Shown: positions 10,630-24,807, numbered from the stretch's first letter. The stretch is DNA of 64,000 nucleotides from Macrostomum lignano (GCA_002269645.1 NIVC01000153.1:143088-207087), one strand, 5' to 3'. Translations and numbers: made by a program. The notes: generated by a model not told the origin, from the letters alone.

Positions 10630-13010
10630 GTTTCCCAATTCATTCCTCCCCATTCACTCCTCCCCATACTCCTCCCCATTCACTCCTCCAATCCACTCCT
10701 CCCCATTCACTCCTCCCAATTCACTCCTCCAATTCACTCCTCCAATTCACTCCTCCCAATTCACTCCTCCAATTCACTCCTCCCCATTCACTCCTCCAAT
10801 TCACTCCTCCCCATTCACTCCTCCCAATTCACTCCTCCCCATTCACTCCTCCAATCCACTCCTCCCCATTCACTCCTCCAATCCACTCCTCTCCATTCAC
10901 TCCTCCTAATTCACTCCTCCCCATTCACTCCTCCAATTCACTCCTCCCCATTCACTCCTCCCAATTCACTCCTCCCCATTCACTCCTCCCAATTCACTCC
11001 TCCAATCCACTCCTCCCCATTCACTCCTCCAATCCACTCCTCCCCATTCACTCCTCCCCATTCACTCCTCCCCATTCACTCCTCCAATTCACCCCTCCCA
11101 ATTCACTCCTCCCAATTCACTCCTCCCCATTCACTCCTCCCAATTCACTCCTCCCCATTCACTCCTCCCCATTCACTCCTCCAATCCACTCCTCCCCATT
11201 CACTCCTCCAATTCACTCCTCCCCATTCACTCCTCCAATTCACTCCTCCCCTTTCACTCCTCCCCATTCACTCCTCCAATCCACTCCTCTCCATTCACTC
11301 CTCCCCATTCACTCCTCCAATTCACTCCTCCGATTCACTCTTCCCCATTCACTCACTCCTCCCCATTCACTCCTCCCCATTCACTCCTCCAATTCACTCC
11401 TCCGATTCACTCCTCCCAATTCACTCCTCCAATTCACTCCTCCCCATTCACTCCTCCAATTCACTCCTCCCCATTCACTCCTCCCAATTCACTCCTCCCC
11501 ATTCACTCCTCCAATCCACTCCTCCCCATTCACTCCTCCAATCCACTCCTCTCCATTCACTCCTCCTAATTCACTCCTCCCCATTCACTCCTCCAATTCA
11601 CTCCTCCAATTCACTCCTCCCCATTCACTCCTCCAATTCACTCCTCCCCATTCACTCCTCCCAATTCACTCCTCCCCATTCACTCCTCCAATCCACTCCT
11701 CCCCATTCACTCCTCCAATCCACTCCTCTCCATTCACTCCTCCTAATTCACTCCTCCCCATTCACTCCTCCAATTCACTCCTCCCCATTCACTCCTCCCA
11801 ATTCACTCCTCCCCATTCACTCCTCCCAATTCACTCCTCCAATCCACTCCTCCCCATTCACTCCTCCAATCCACTCCTCCCCATTCACTCCTCCCCATTC
11901 ACTCCTCCCCATTCACTCCTCCAATTCACCCCTCCCAATTCACTCCTCCCAATTCACTCCTCCCCATTCACTCCTCCCAATTCACTCCTCCCCATTCACT
12001 CCTCCCCATTCACTCCTCCAATCCACTCCTCCCCATTCACTCCTCCAATTCACTCCTCCCCATTCACTCCTCCAATTCACTCCTCCCCTTTCACTCCTCC
12101 CCATTCACTCCTCCAATCCACTCCTCTCCATTCACTCCTCCCCATTCACTCCTCCAATTCACTCCTCCGATTCACTCTTCCCCATTCACTCACTCCTCCC
12201 CATTCACTCCTCCCCATTCACTCCTCCAATTCACTCCTCCGATTCACTCCTCCCCATTCACTCCTCCAATTCACTCCTCCCCATTCAATCCTCCAATCCA
12301 CTCCTCTCCATTCACTCCTCCCCATTCACTCCTCCCCATTAACTCCTCCCCATTCACTCCTCCCCATTCACTCCTCCCAATTCACTCCTCCCCATTCACT
12401 CCTCCAATCCACTCCTCCCAATTCACTCCTCCCAATTCACTCCTCCCCATTCACTCCTCTCCATTCACTCCTCCAATTCACTCCTCCCCATTCACTCCTC
12501 CAATCCACTCCTCCAATTCACTTCTCCAATTCACTCCTCCGATTCACTCCTCCCCATTCACTCCTCCAATTCACTCCTCCCCATTCACTCCTCCCAATTC
12601 ACTCCTCCCCATTCACTCCTCCAATCCACTCCTCCCAATTCACTCCTCCAATCCACTCCTCCCCATTCACTCCTCCCGATTTACTCCTCCCAATTCACTC
12701 CTTCCCATTCACTCCTCTCCATTCACTCCTCCAATTCACTCCTCCGATTCACTCCTCTCCATTCACTCCTCCTAATTCACTCCTCCCCATTCACTCCTCC
12801 AATTCACTCCTCCCCATTCACTCCTCCCGATTTACTCCTCCCCATTCACTCATCCCCATTCACTCCTCCCGATTTACTCCTCCCCATTCACTCATCCCCA
12901 TTCACTCCTCCCGATTTACTCCTCCCCATTCACTCATCCCCATTCACTCCTCCCCATTCACTCCTCCCGACTCACTCCTCCCCATTTGCTCCTATCCATT
13001 CACTTTTTTA
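10630..13010. repeat. 13/14-bp minisatellite (C/A)ATTCACTCCTCC(C), DAXX intron 2
   Basis: 2.4 kb, almost no G on the + strand; explains ORF 10582-12342. Confidence 0.97.
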
Positions 13011-13202
13011 TTCACTCTCCATTTACTCCTTTTCTATTCCTTTTGCCTCTCAATCATCTCTGTCCACTCCCTCATTCACATAAATTTGCGCTCACTCATT
13101 CACGTCATTCACACTAATATTACTTGTCTCTAGTTCTACCAGCTGATCAGCAGCTTCCATTCGAAAAAGCGCAGCACTTCCTTCCTGATCCCAATCCGCC
13201 AG

Positions 13203-14532
13203 GCAGTCCCAGGCCGCCGACCCGGCCGATTCGAGTCTCCGCCTGCGGCGCCAGCTGGACGCCAGCCAGGCCGCCGGCGCCGCACGCCTAGCGGAGGTGA
13301 TGCGCAGCTTCGCCTCGATGCCCGAACGGCCAGGCGGCCTGGTGGCGGATTCTGGCAGCGAGCCCTCTTCGGATGAAGAGGCGATGGAGGACGACGGGGA
13401 CGATTTTGGTTTAGAAGCAGACCAGGACCAAGACCAGTGTCAGGGCGAGCAGCACGATGATGACGAAAAAAGCAACGCCGACGAGGAGGTCGAGAGCGCC
13501 AACGTCGCCGACGCCGACGCAGCCTCGTCAGAGCCGAAAGCCGAGCCGGGCGGCGATGATCTCGAAATCGAGCCGGAAGTCGAGACGGAAACGGCGCCGC
13601 TAGACTCCGTAGCCAAAATTGGCCCGTCGGGAGCCACCACGGGCACTTTGTCGCCGCCATTTCAACAACAGCAGCAGCAGCCCTGGCCGATGTCGTCGTC
13701 GTCGTCGTCTTTAGCCGAAGGCGACGACGCTTTGAACGAGACGGCCGGTCAGCTGGCTGCCGCTGTGCGCCGATTCGCCGCCGCCGCCGCCGCCAGGCCG
13801 AAGTCGACTGTTGGGTCGGATTCGGCGCGAATTCAACCGATCGACCAGCGATCGGCTGAGCGTCCGGGTCTGGAGCATTCGCGTCGGAATCTGCAGCCGT
13901 TGCTAACCGAAGAACGGCCTTTGCTAACCGCGGAAGGGACGTCAAGCGCAACAAACCCGTTGCCAAGCTCACGAGAGACGTTGTCAAGCGCGGAAGGGAC
14001 GTTTTCAAGCTCAACAAAACCGTTGCCAAGCGTAACAAACCCGTTGTTAAGGGCGACAAAGCCGTTGCCAAGCGCCATACAGCCGTTTTCAAGCTCAACA
14101 AAACCGTTGCCAAGCGCGACAAAGCCGTTGCCAAGCACAGCACAGCGGTTGCGAAGCGCGCCACAACAGCCATGTCAAAAACGACCCCGTCTCGGACAGG
14201 CAATGTCACTTCGTAGGCCAACACTGTCAGCTAGTGGTCAAGCAATTTCATCTAACAGCCAAGCAATGTCAATTCGAGGTCTAAAACCGCCCACTGTGGG
14301 CCAGCCGATTTCTAACCGCGGCCAGCCGATGCCAAGCCAGCTACGCCAACAGCAGCCGCCACCACCGCCGCCGATCCTGTCTGGCCCGACGATTTCGTCA
14401 GCAACTCCAGGTTCAGCGCAGCAGCAGGGGCAGGGGCACTTGGTTAGCGAGCGTCGTCGTCGCCATCTAGCGGACGCAGTTCGCCGAGCTGTCGCCGACC
14501 TGCCGCAGCCGGAGGTGATTATCATCGACTAA
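13203..14532 (+). CDS. DAXX: DAXX homologue exon 3 (end of histone-binding domain, acidic tract, S/P/T region, C-terminal SIM)
   Basis: Acceptor CGCCAG|G at 13202/13203, phase 2. DPADSSLRLRRQLDASQAAGAARLAEVMRSFA parallels DPALSDPVLARRLRENRSLAMSRLDEVISKYA. D/E-rich tract follows. Ends PEVIIID-stop (SUMO-interacting motif). About 768 aa in total. Confidence 0.85.
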
Positions 14533-14587
14533 GAGCAGCTCGGCTTTTAGTCTAAAAAACTCTTCGCCAAAGTATAATATTTACTGC

Positions 14588-15179
14588 CAGAGCACGATTC
14601 CGGATTTTTCCCGGAGTGAGGTCAGTTGACCACCTTGACCTCCTGATCCTCTTAACCCCTTAACCTTGACTCCCTTGACTGCCTTGACTTCCTTGAACCC
14701 CTTGACCTCCTTGGCCCCTTAGCCTCCTTGACTTTGACCTCTCTGACCCCATTGACCTCCTTGACCTCTTGACCCCCTTAAACCCCTTGACCTTGACTCC
14801 CTTGACTTCCTTGAACTCCTTGACCTCCTTGCCCCCCTTAGCCTCCTTGACCTTGACCTCATTGACCTCTTTGACTTCTCTGACCCCTTGACCTCCTTGA
14901 GCCCCTTGACCTCCTTGAGCCCATTGACCTCCTTGAGCCCCTTGACCTCCTTGAGCCCCTTGACCTCCTTGACCTCTCTGACCTCACTGACCTCTTTAAC
15001 CTCTCTGACCCCTTGACCTCCTTGGCGTCCTTGACTTCTTTGACTTTGATCTGTCGCTGTCCACACAAAACTGCCTGTTATGGAATTTTCCTGTTTCGTA
15101 TGTGGGGGTCATAGGCCCCCATATTCGTAACTTAGAGGGTCAGCTGACCTCCTTGATCCCCTTTCTGGATCCGCTACTG
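14588..15179. mobile_element. Degenerate MITE-like element carrying an internal TTGACCTCC minisatellite
   Basis: Right end CTGGATCCGCTACTG. Inverted subterminal match GAGGTCAGTTGACC (14618-14631) vs GGTCAGCTGACCTC (15138-15151), 13/14, each ~30 bp from the ends. No TSD seen. Confidence 0.45.
14630..15050. repeat. Degenerate 9/18-bp repeat (TTGACCTCC)
   Basis: Direct inspection. Confidence 0.9.
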
Positions 15180-15429
15180 TTTATTGTAGGCCTGTAGCTA
15201 TAACTACATTGTTTTTATGCTCAGTATTTAGTTCAAGCATACTACTATACTACTGTCTGTGGTTCCGTGTGCACTTATATCTAAGTCTGTTATTGCTTAA
15301 TAAAATTGTAATAATTTTGTAACCTGTAACGTTACTGCTCATATTAGGGTCACTTCTGGGAGTCTAGTGACCTACAAACTGTATCATGGACCGAGTCTAT
15401 ATAGAGTCTATATATCTAATCTTGACCAC

Positions 15430-16460
15430 AAATACCCATCAGAGTGATCCTATACCCATCAGAGTGACCCTATACCCATCAGAGTGACCCTATACCCATC
15501 AGAGTGACCCTATACCCATCAGAGTGACCCTATACCCATCAGAGTGACCACAGCTACCCATCAGTGTGACCACAACTACCCATCAGAGTGACCACAACTA
15601 CCCATCAGAGTGACCACAACTACCCATCAGAGTGACCACAACTACCCATCAGAGTGACCACAACTACCCATCAGAGTGACCACAACTACCCATCAGAGTG
15701 ACCACAACTACCCATCAGAGTGACCACAACTACCCATCAGAGTGACCACAACTACCCATCAGAGTGACCACAACTACCCATCAGAGTGACCACAACTACC
15801 CATCAGAGTGACCCTATACCCATCAGAGTGACCCTATACCCATCAGAGTGACCCTATACCCATCAGAGTGACCACAACTACCCATCAGAGTGACCACAAC
15901 TACCCATCAGAGTGACCACAACTACCCATCAGAGTGACCACAACTACCCATCAGAGTGACCACAACTACCCATCAGAGTGACCACAACTACCCATCAGAG
16001 TGACCACAACTACCCATCAGAGTGACCACAACTACCCATCAGAGTGACCCTATACCCATCAGAGTGACCCTATACCCATCAGAGTGACCACAACTACCCA
16101 TCAGAGTGACCACAACTACCCATCAGAGTGACCACAACTACCCATCAGAGTGACCACAACTACCCATCAGAGTGACCACAACTACCCATCAGAGTGAGCA
16201 CAACTACCCATCAGAGTGACCACAACTACCCATCAGAGTGACCCTATACCCATCAGAGTGATCCTATACCCATCAGAGTGACCACAACTACCCATCAGAG
16301 TGACCCTATACCCATCAGAGTGATCCTATACCCATCAGAGTGACCCTATACCCATCAGAGTGACCCCATACCCATCAGAGTGACCCCAACCCATTAGAGT
16401 GACCCTATACCCATCAGAGTGACCCCATACCCATCAGAGTGACCCCAACCCATTAGAGTA
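15430..16460. repeat. 20/22-bp minisatellite CCCATCAGAGTGACC(CTATA/ACAACTA)
   Basis: Two length variants in alternating runs. Confidence 0.97.
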
Positions 16461-16974
16461 TGCCAACCCTAGCATTACCAACCTTTCCGCGTCTGAGTGA
16501 CCCTGGACCCCTATCAGAGTGGCGCCACAGCAATTTGCATTCTTCCAAAACAGTGTATCGTAATTATTCTTTTTTCTACGAATTCGATCATTTAGATAAT
16601 TTTACACCGGGTCTTCGCAATTGCTTATCAGATATTTGAGTTGGGCGCGCATTTCGACATTCGATTTAAATTTTCAATGTTTTTAAAAAATCTAGATTAA
16701 TATTAATTTCTATTCTGTTTGTCCAATTCAGGTTCAATGTGCGATTTCATCCTGTCTCTGCACTCAGCTTGGCAACATACTCGTATATACAAAATGTTAC
16801 TTATATTAGTATTATGGATACTTCATATATGTGCTACGAATTTGTTTTATAGTACTCGTCTGTTTACCGTTGCATCTTGTGGCGTTTGGCACATTATATG
16901 CTGTAAATTCTGTAATTATGTTCTAATCTGATTAACTATAATTATACTTGCTAGCGATTTTTTTATTTGGGGTA

Positions 16975-17750
16975 GGTCCTTAAATCTGCCTCTCCGCTGC
17001 CTCAGAGTCCTTAAATCTGCCTCTCCGCTGCCTCAGAGTCCTTGAATCTGCCTCTCCGCTGCCCCAGAGTCCTTGAATCTGCCTCTCCGCTGCCCCAGTG
17101 TCCTTGAATCTGCCTCTCCGCTGCCTCAGAGACCTTGAATCTGCCTCTCCGCTGCCTCAGAGTCCTTGAATCTGCCTCTCCGCTGCCTCAGTGTCCTTAA
17201 ATCTGCCTCTCCGCTGCCTCAGAGTCCTTGAATCTGCCTCTCCGCTGCCTCAGAGTCCTTGAATCTGCCTCTCCGCTGCCCCAGAGTCCTTGAATCTGCC
17301 TCTCCGCTGCCCCAGTGTCCTTGAATCTGCCTCTCCGCTGCCTCAGAGACCTTGAATCTGCCTCTCCGCTGCCTCAGAGTCCTTGAATCTGCCTCTCCGA
17401 TGCCTCAGAGTCCTTGAATCTGCCTCTCCGCTGCCTCAGAGTCCTTGAATCTGCCTCTCCGCTGCCCCAGTGTCCTTGAATCTGCCTCTCCGCTGCCTCA
17501 GAGTCCTTGAATCTGCCTCTCCGCTGCCCCAGTGTCCTTGAATCTGCCTCTCCGCTGCCTCAGAGACCTTGAATCTGCCTCTCCGCTGCCTCAGAGACCT
17601 TGAATCTGCCTCTCCGCTGCCTCAGAGTCCTTGAATCTGCCTCTCCGCTGCCTCAGAGTCCTTGAATCTGCCTCTCCGATGCCTCAGGCATTGAATCTGC
17701 CTCTCCGCTGCCTCAGAGTCATTGAATCTGCCTCTCCGCTGCCTCAGTCT
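16975..17750. repeat. 31-bp minisatellite GAGTCCTTGAATCTGCCTCTCCGCTGCCTCA
   Basis: About 25 units. Confidence 0.97.
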
Positions 17751-18384
17751 CCTGGTGAATTGTAGAAAAGTTGCCATGAATTAATCATGCATAGCAGCTG
17801 ATCACACGTGTACGCAGCTCAGTTCCACAGGTTTCTCTCATTTCTAATGCGCCTAAACTTACTGGCTTGCTGTTCACGAAAGCTAATTAAATTGTTGTCA
17901 ATGGCCCTTGAGCGGCAGATCTGCATAGCTGGAGCTGCACTAAAAAAAGTTTTACTCCGCATTCCGATACGGGCAGAGTCTACAGTAGCAAGCCTCATAC
18001 AGACTTCATCTATGCGGGAAATTATATTCTGCCTTCCTGATAATTGATGCCTAATACGAGGCTCATGCCATGTTTTATCAAACTCAGTCTACGGCTTTAC
18101 TACTATGCTCTAATGGCTCTTCTGCCCCCACTGCACTGCACTGACCAATAATGTCATTATTAGACCCAGTGAGTCGTGCTTAAAATAAAATTTTTGCTGA
18201 AGCGAAACTTGGAACTTTCTACGAGCAACGGAACATGCGGGCGCTCGGTTTACATGCATCCACATCCAGTTCCCCCAGATGACTAATCTCATTAAATACC
18301 TGCTTCATTATATTATCCTTTTTGTTTGCCTCCATCTTGGACTATAATTATCACTTCCCTTTTCTACCCTGGAGCGTGGAGTCT

Positions 18385-18845
18385 GGCTCTTATTCTCAGG
18401 GTGAGATCTAGAGCAGCATGAAGTCTGACTCTTATTCTTAGGGTGAGATCTAGAGCAGCATGAAGTCTGACTCTATTCTAAGGGTGAGATCTAGAGCAGC
18501 ATGAAGTCTGACTCTTATTCTTAGGGTGAGATCTAGAGCAGCATGAAGTCTGACTCTATTCTCCGGGTGAGATCTAGAGCAGCATGAAGTCTGACTCTAT
18601 TCTCAGAGTGAGATCTAGAGCAGCATAAAGTCTTACTCTATTCTCAGGGTGAGATCTAGAGCAGCATAAAGTTTGACTCTATTCTCAGGGTGAGATCTAG
18701 AGCAGCATAAAGTCTGACTCTATTCTCAGGGTGAGATCTAGAGCAGCATAAAGTCTGACTCTATTCTCAGGGTGAGATCTAGAGCAGCATAAAGTTTGAC
18801 TCTATTCTCAGGGTGAGATCTAGAGCAGCATGAAATCTGACTTTA
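18385..18845. repeat. ~41-bp minisatellite AGGGTGAGATCTAGAGCAGCATGAAGTCTGACTCTATTCTC
   Basis: About 11 units. Confidence 0.95.
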
Positions 18846-19767
18846 TTCATTGGCCTTCAAAATGTTAATTCAGTCCTGTTGGCGAAATTGCAGCTATATA
18901 GCCAAATAAAACGAAGGGGTTCTTAGGAAGGACACTGCAGAGCGGGTCTGGCTTTGTGAGCCCTGGCGGAAGCCTCGCCCCTCTGCCCCCCCTCCCCCAG
19001 TTATTCCTCCATGGAATTCTCCTATGCCGCCTTGTTTATTTAGGGGAAATTTATACCCAAAGACTTCGGGTTTTATAATCCCTTCTCTCTATGTCTCTGA
19101 CTACCCAGGCTTTATAATAATCCTAATCCACCCGGCCCTAATCGCTCGTTAAGACTTTGATCAGCTGAGTTAGCTAAGCTGATGGCAAAGCCTCTGACAA
19201 GCAGATTAAGGCTCTCTGGATTCGGGACAGCTAAACTTCATTATAGAGCATATGCGCCACGTAAGCTTGTGTATACAGATCTAATATTAGAAAGCCTACA
19301 GATGACGATATGTTGTGTAAATGACTTTAATCGTAGTTATTTTTCAACTTGTTGAAACTAAAGAGATTAAAGTACGCATTGAGTTACTGGTCGGCTAGTA
19401 ATATCGGCCTTCGAAACTTTGATAAAAAATAAATAAGATATAGTCTCCACTCTCTAGTTACTGTAAGACTGAGCAGGTTATAAAATCGGTTTGGAAATTC
19501 TAATTTAAAATATTCACAAATTAGATTTAGGAAACTGAGGGTGCTTCTGTAGTTTCGATTCAACTTCTAATTTTAGAATAATTAATTGCCCAAATAATTT
19601 TGTTTTCTACTTCAGAATACGCTTCCTTCAATTCGAAATTTGAATTTTAAGCTTCCCTAATGGGATTAATGCAATTCGTCTGTACATGTATATAATTTTT
19701 CCCCGGGTAGGCTCAGTTCTCTAATAAGTCTCCACTCTTGAGCAGCTTCTCCAATATTGACTTTTCT

Positions 19768-19824
19768 GAGTCTGTCTGTCTGTCTGTCTGTCTGCCTGTC
19801 TGTCTGTCTGTCTGTCTGTCTGCC

Positions 19825-19865
<41 letters not shown>

Positions 19866-19930
19866 TTCTGTCTGTCTGTCTGCCTGTCTTTCTGTCTGTC
19901 TGTCTGTCTGTCTGCCTGTCTGTCTGTTTG

Positions 19931-19965
<35 letters not shown>

Positions 19966-20035
19966 GCCTGTATGTCTGCCTGTCTGTCTGTCTGCCTGTA
20001 TGTCTGTCTGTCTGTCTGCCTGTCTGTCTGTCTGC
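19768..20035. repeat. (GTCT)n microsatellite
   Basis: Direct inspection. Confidence 0.97.
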
Positions 20036-20534
20036 CCGTCCTCATGCAATGCTTCATCTGCTCAGTACATGAATTTAGCTCCCTGTGTGTCTGCTGACGC
20101 AAGGATGAGTTTAAATAAGCCTCAGATTTTCAATCGCGCGGCCCACTCACCTGCCATCTCAGCGGACTCAATTCAATGTGGCCCGGGAGACGAGACCCCC
20201 CGCGGTGCGGTCTCGCTGCGGGCGAGGCGGACTGCTTAATTCCGCTAAAAGCAGCCGCCATTTTCAGAGGCAACTGCGGGGGCTGCAAGACAGCCCAGAT
20301 TGAATTAATTTTTTTGTCATTTCGTGCGCATGAACAAAGGCTGCGGCCTCGTGAGGGCGGCAGCCAAATATGAGAATTTCCTGTGAAAATTGGCCCGCAC
20401 CTTGTCTTGAACAGCCAATCCGCTGAGCTGTTTGAGTCGCTGAGGCTGTTCACTTTCTGCAGCTTTTTCTAAGGACTCAAATAGCAGGATTTTTGTTATA
20501 AAATCTTGCAATAGCTTGACTTAAATAGCATGAA

Positions 20535-21820
<1,286 letters not shown>

Positions 21821-22209
21821 GAAAGAGCCTGTTTATGAGTAACAGAGAACTGGAACTAAGGGAGGTAGTTTTAATTTGGAATTTTCAAGCCTCTTGCACC
21901 CAGGTTGTTTGCGGCTAATTGGACGCAAGGCCGGTTCTAAATGAAGTAAAAAGAAGTTCATTTCCTTGTTTGTAATTCTTTCTGACATTTCAGTCGTCTA
22001 GAAAATGTCAAAGAGGAAAATATTTGACCGGAAATTGATTTCACTACTCAGGCCTTGTTGGCTTTGATTCTAAAGGTTTCCTGTCTTCTTTGATTCGATT
22101 TCTTCTTGCGATGGCAAAAGCTTTGGCAATCCTTACAGGGCTGTGTCTGAGAAGGCTCGGATTAAATATAACCATTGTTAAATTTGACATTCGATATGTT
22201 CCAACTTTT

Positions 22210-22805
22210 CAACCCCACAGTGAATTCCCATTCCCCCGACTGCTCACCCATCCCACAGTGAATTCCCATTCCCCCAACTGCTCACCCATCCCACAGTGAA
22301 TTCCCATTCCCCCGACTGCTCGCCCATCCCACAGTGAATTCCCATTCCCCCGACTGCTCACCCATCCCACAGTGAATTCCCATTCCCCCGACTGCTCACC
22401 CATCCCACAGTGAATTCCCATTCCCCCAACTGCTCACCCATCCCACAGTGAATTCCCATTCCCCCGACTGCTCACCCATCCCACAGTGAATTCCCATTCC
22501 CCCAACTGCTCACCCATCCCACAGTGAATTCCCATTCCCCCAACTGCTCACCCATCCCACAGTGAATTCCCATTCCCCCAACTGCTCACCCATTCCACAG
22601 TAAATTCCCATTCCCCCAACTGCTCACCCATCCCACAGTGAATTCCCATTCCCCCAACTGCTCACCCATCTCACAGTGAATTCCCATTCCCCCAACTGCT
22701 CACCCATCCCACAGTGAATTCCCATTCCCCCAACTGCTCACCCATCCCACAGTGAATTCCCATTCCCCCAACTGCTCACCCATCCCACAGTGAATTCCCA
22801 TTTCC
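22210..22805. repeat. 38-bp minisatellite CCCACAGTGAATTCCCATTCCCCCAACTGCTCACCCAT
   Basis: About 15 units ending just upstream of the GPCR 5' region. Confidence 0.97.
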
Positions 22806-23066
22806 CCACCGCTCAAACCCGCAACAGCAGCAGGCAATGAGACACAAGAGCAACAGACAAGTCAAGCAGAAGGCTGCACAAGCCGGGAGACCACAGATTG
22901 GTCAGGACAGGCGGCCAATCCCGCACTCGCCAGTCCCCATCCATCCTGACTCCGCGCCATGCCCGTATGAATATCGTCGGCACAGACCAGTTTCCGCGCT
23001 CCGCCGCCCCGTCTCCTCCCGCCCGCCGACCCCCAAGCCGAGGCCTTCGAACCGGCAGCCGTCGAC

Positions 23067-23505
23067 ATGGACAACTATAAACTACTGGTCTGCAGCGTGT
23101 TCAAGTGCAACGCCTCGGCCGGAAACGCTTCCATCCCGGAAATTCTGGCTCCGGTCAATGCCACCAAGCCGCGCTCGGGCTGCAATCTGTTCTACACGGC
23201 CGTCACCCCGCTGATCGTGCTGATCGGGTGCATCGGCAACTGCCTGTGCATCCGCGTGTTCACCAGGCGGCACTTTGCTAATCAAACGGCCAGCGTGTAC
23301 TTTGCTTTCTTGTCCGGCGCCGACCTGCTAGTCCTGGTGTTCTACGTGGTGCCCGACTGGCTGCAGAATCAGGACTTTCTGCCCGACGCCTTCAAGAGCT
23401 GGCTGCAGATGCAGATAGTCTGCCAGCTGTCCCTGTTCTTCTTCTATTCCTTTCGCATGGTGTCCGTGTGGATGCTGGTCACCTCCACTGTGGAGAGATA
23501 TATTG
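23067..23505 (+). CDS. Class A (rhodopsin-like) peptide-receptor-type GPCR exon 1 (N-terminus, TM1-TM3)
   Basis: N-glycosylation sequons NAS/NAS/NAT. TM1 LIGCIGNCL, TM2 YFAFLSGADLLVL, TM3 Cys and VERYI. Donor G|GTGAGC at 23506, phase 1. Confidence 0.9.
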
Positions 23506-23644
23506 GTGAGCTGCCTAGGGCTGTTGGACTCCAGAGAAAATAAAATCACTTCTAAAATATTCGTAATAAAAAAAAATTCTAGAGAATTTATTCTTGAATT
23601 TCATACTGGAAATTTTTTTGTCATTGTTATTTGGCCCGAAAATT

Positions 23645-24110
23645 TCAGAACAGATAGATCCCACACCGAACAGATAGATCCCACACCGAACAGATAGATC
23701 CCACACCGAACAGATAGATCCCACACCGAACAGATAGATCCCACACCGAACAGATAGATCCCACACCGAACAGATAGATCCCACACCGAACAGATAGATC
23801 CCACACCGAACAGATAGATCCCACACCGAACAGATAGATCCCACACCGAACAGATAGATCCCACACCGGACAGATAGATCCCACACCGGACAGATAGATC
23901 CCACACCGGACAAACAGATCCCACACCGGACAGATAGATCCCACACCGGACAGATCCCACACTGGACAGATCCCACACCGGACAGATCCCACATCGGACA
24001 GATCCCACACCGGACAGATCCCACACCGGACAGATCCCACACCGGACAGATCCCACACCGGACATATCCCACACCGGACAGATCCCACAGATCCCACACC
24101 GGACAGATCA
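23645..24110. repeat. 20-bp then 16-bp minisatellite CAGA(TAGA)TCCCACACCG(A/G)A, GPCR intron
   Basis: Ordered change of unit along the array. Confidence 0.97.
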
Positions 24111-24807
24111 GATAGGGGGGATTTAACGACGCATTAGTCCGGAAATCGTTTCTTTTTGATTGAGACTGACTATAGTAGCAGTGTGCTAGTACTACGCTCA
24201 TAGGGCTTGTATATACTCACTGTATATACTTTTAAAAAGTTTTATTTAGTTTTTTTCAGCTGGTTTAGAAGGCCGATATGTATCGTAGTAAACTTTACAT
24301 ATAGACATAATTGCGCGAAGAGTTCCATACTTTTTTGACAGCTGAGGAGCGCACTACTTTCAATGATGGGTCTGGCATTTTGCGTACTTCCCGAACCTCT
24401 GTATATTAGAAGTGATTTATGATTTTACTAGCAGCTACCACCAGTAAAGATGCAGACTTCAATTCAATGACCAGCCGTCAGTGTTGATTGCCTCTCGATT
24501 TTTTCTCCCTCTCCAAAAACTAGAAATGAGAAATGATTGATGGAGGTCGAGAAAGAGGGGGAAGAGGAGGGGCCGTGGAAAAGTTCAAAACAGCGGTTCG
24601 AGCAGAGTGAACGGGCAGATGGCGAGGTCTGTTTGTGCATACAGAATTATGCTGTTGGAAGTTTTTTTGGATTTATCAGCGAATCGCTTCTGTGATGCAG
24701 GATGTCAGACTGTGAGCCAATTTGCTGAATCTGCTTTTGTAGTTTGCAGATCTCTACGGCTTGATATGCCTTCATCTACAATCTATTAGTCTGAATAGTA
24801 GCTCCGC

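Noticed and set aside
10582-12342. 586-aa ORF (PIHSS repeats)
   Set aside because: Translation of the intronic 13/14-bp minisatellite inside DAXX intron 2.
13136-14224. 362-aa minus-strand ORF
   Set aside because: Antisense shadow of GC-rich DAXX exon 3.
17820-18050. Minus-strand open stretch resembling a LINE RT C-terminus (RSKTFFSAAPAM)
   Set aside because: Similarity too weak, no RT core or poly-A tail.
18930-19145. GGCC-type MITE remnants (also ~35090-35212)
   Set aside because: Ends too degenerate to pair and no TSD.
20150-20330. GC-rich hairpin CGAGACC..GGTCTCG as an SL RNA, snRNA or tRNA
   Set aside because: Only a 7-bp stem; no cloverleaf, Sm site or leader sequence recognisable.
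22837-23214. Upstream + ORFs overlapping the GPCR start
   Set aside because: Different frames, low-complexity P/R content; probably GC-rich 5' UTR.
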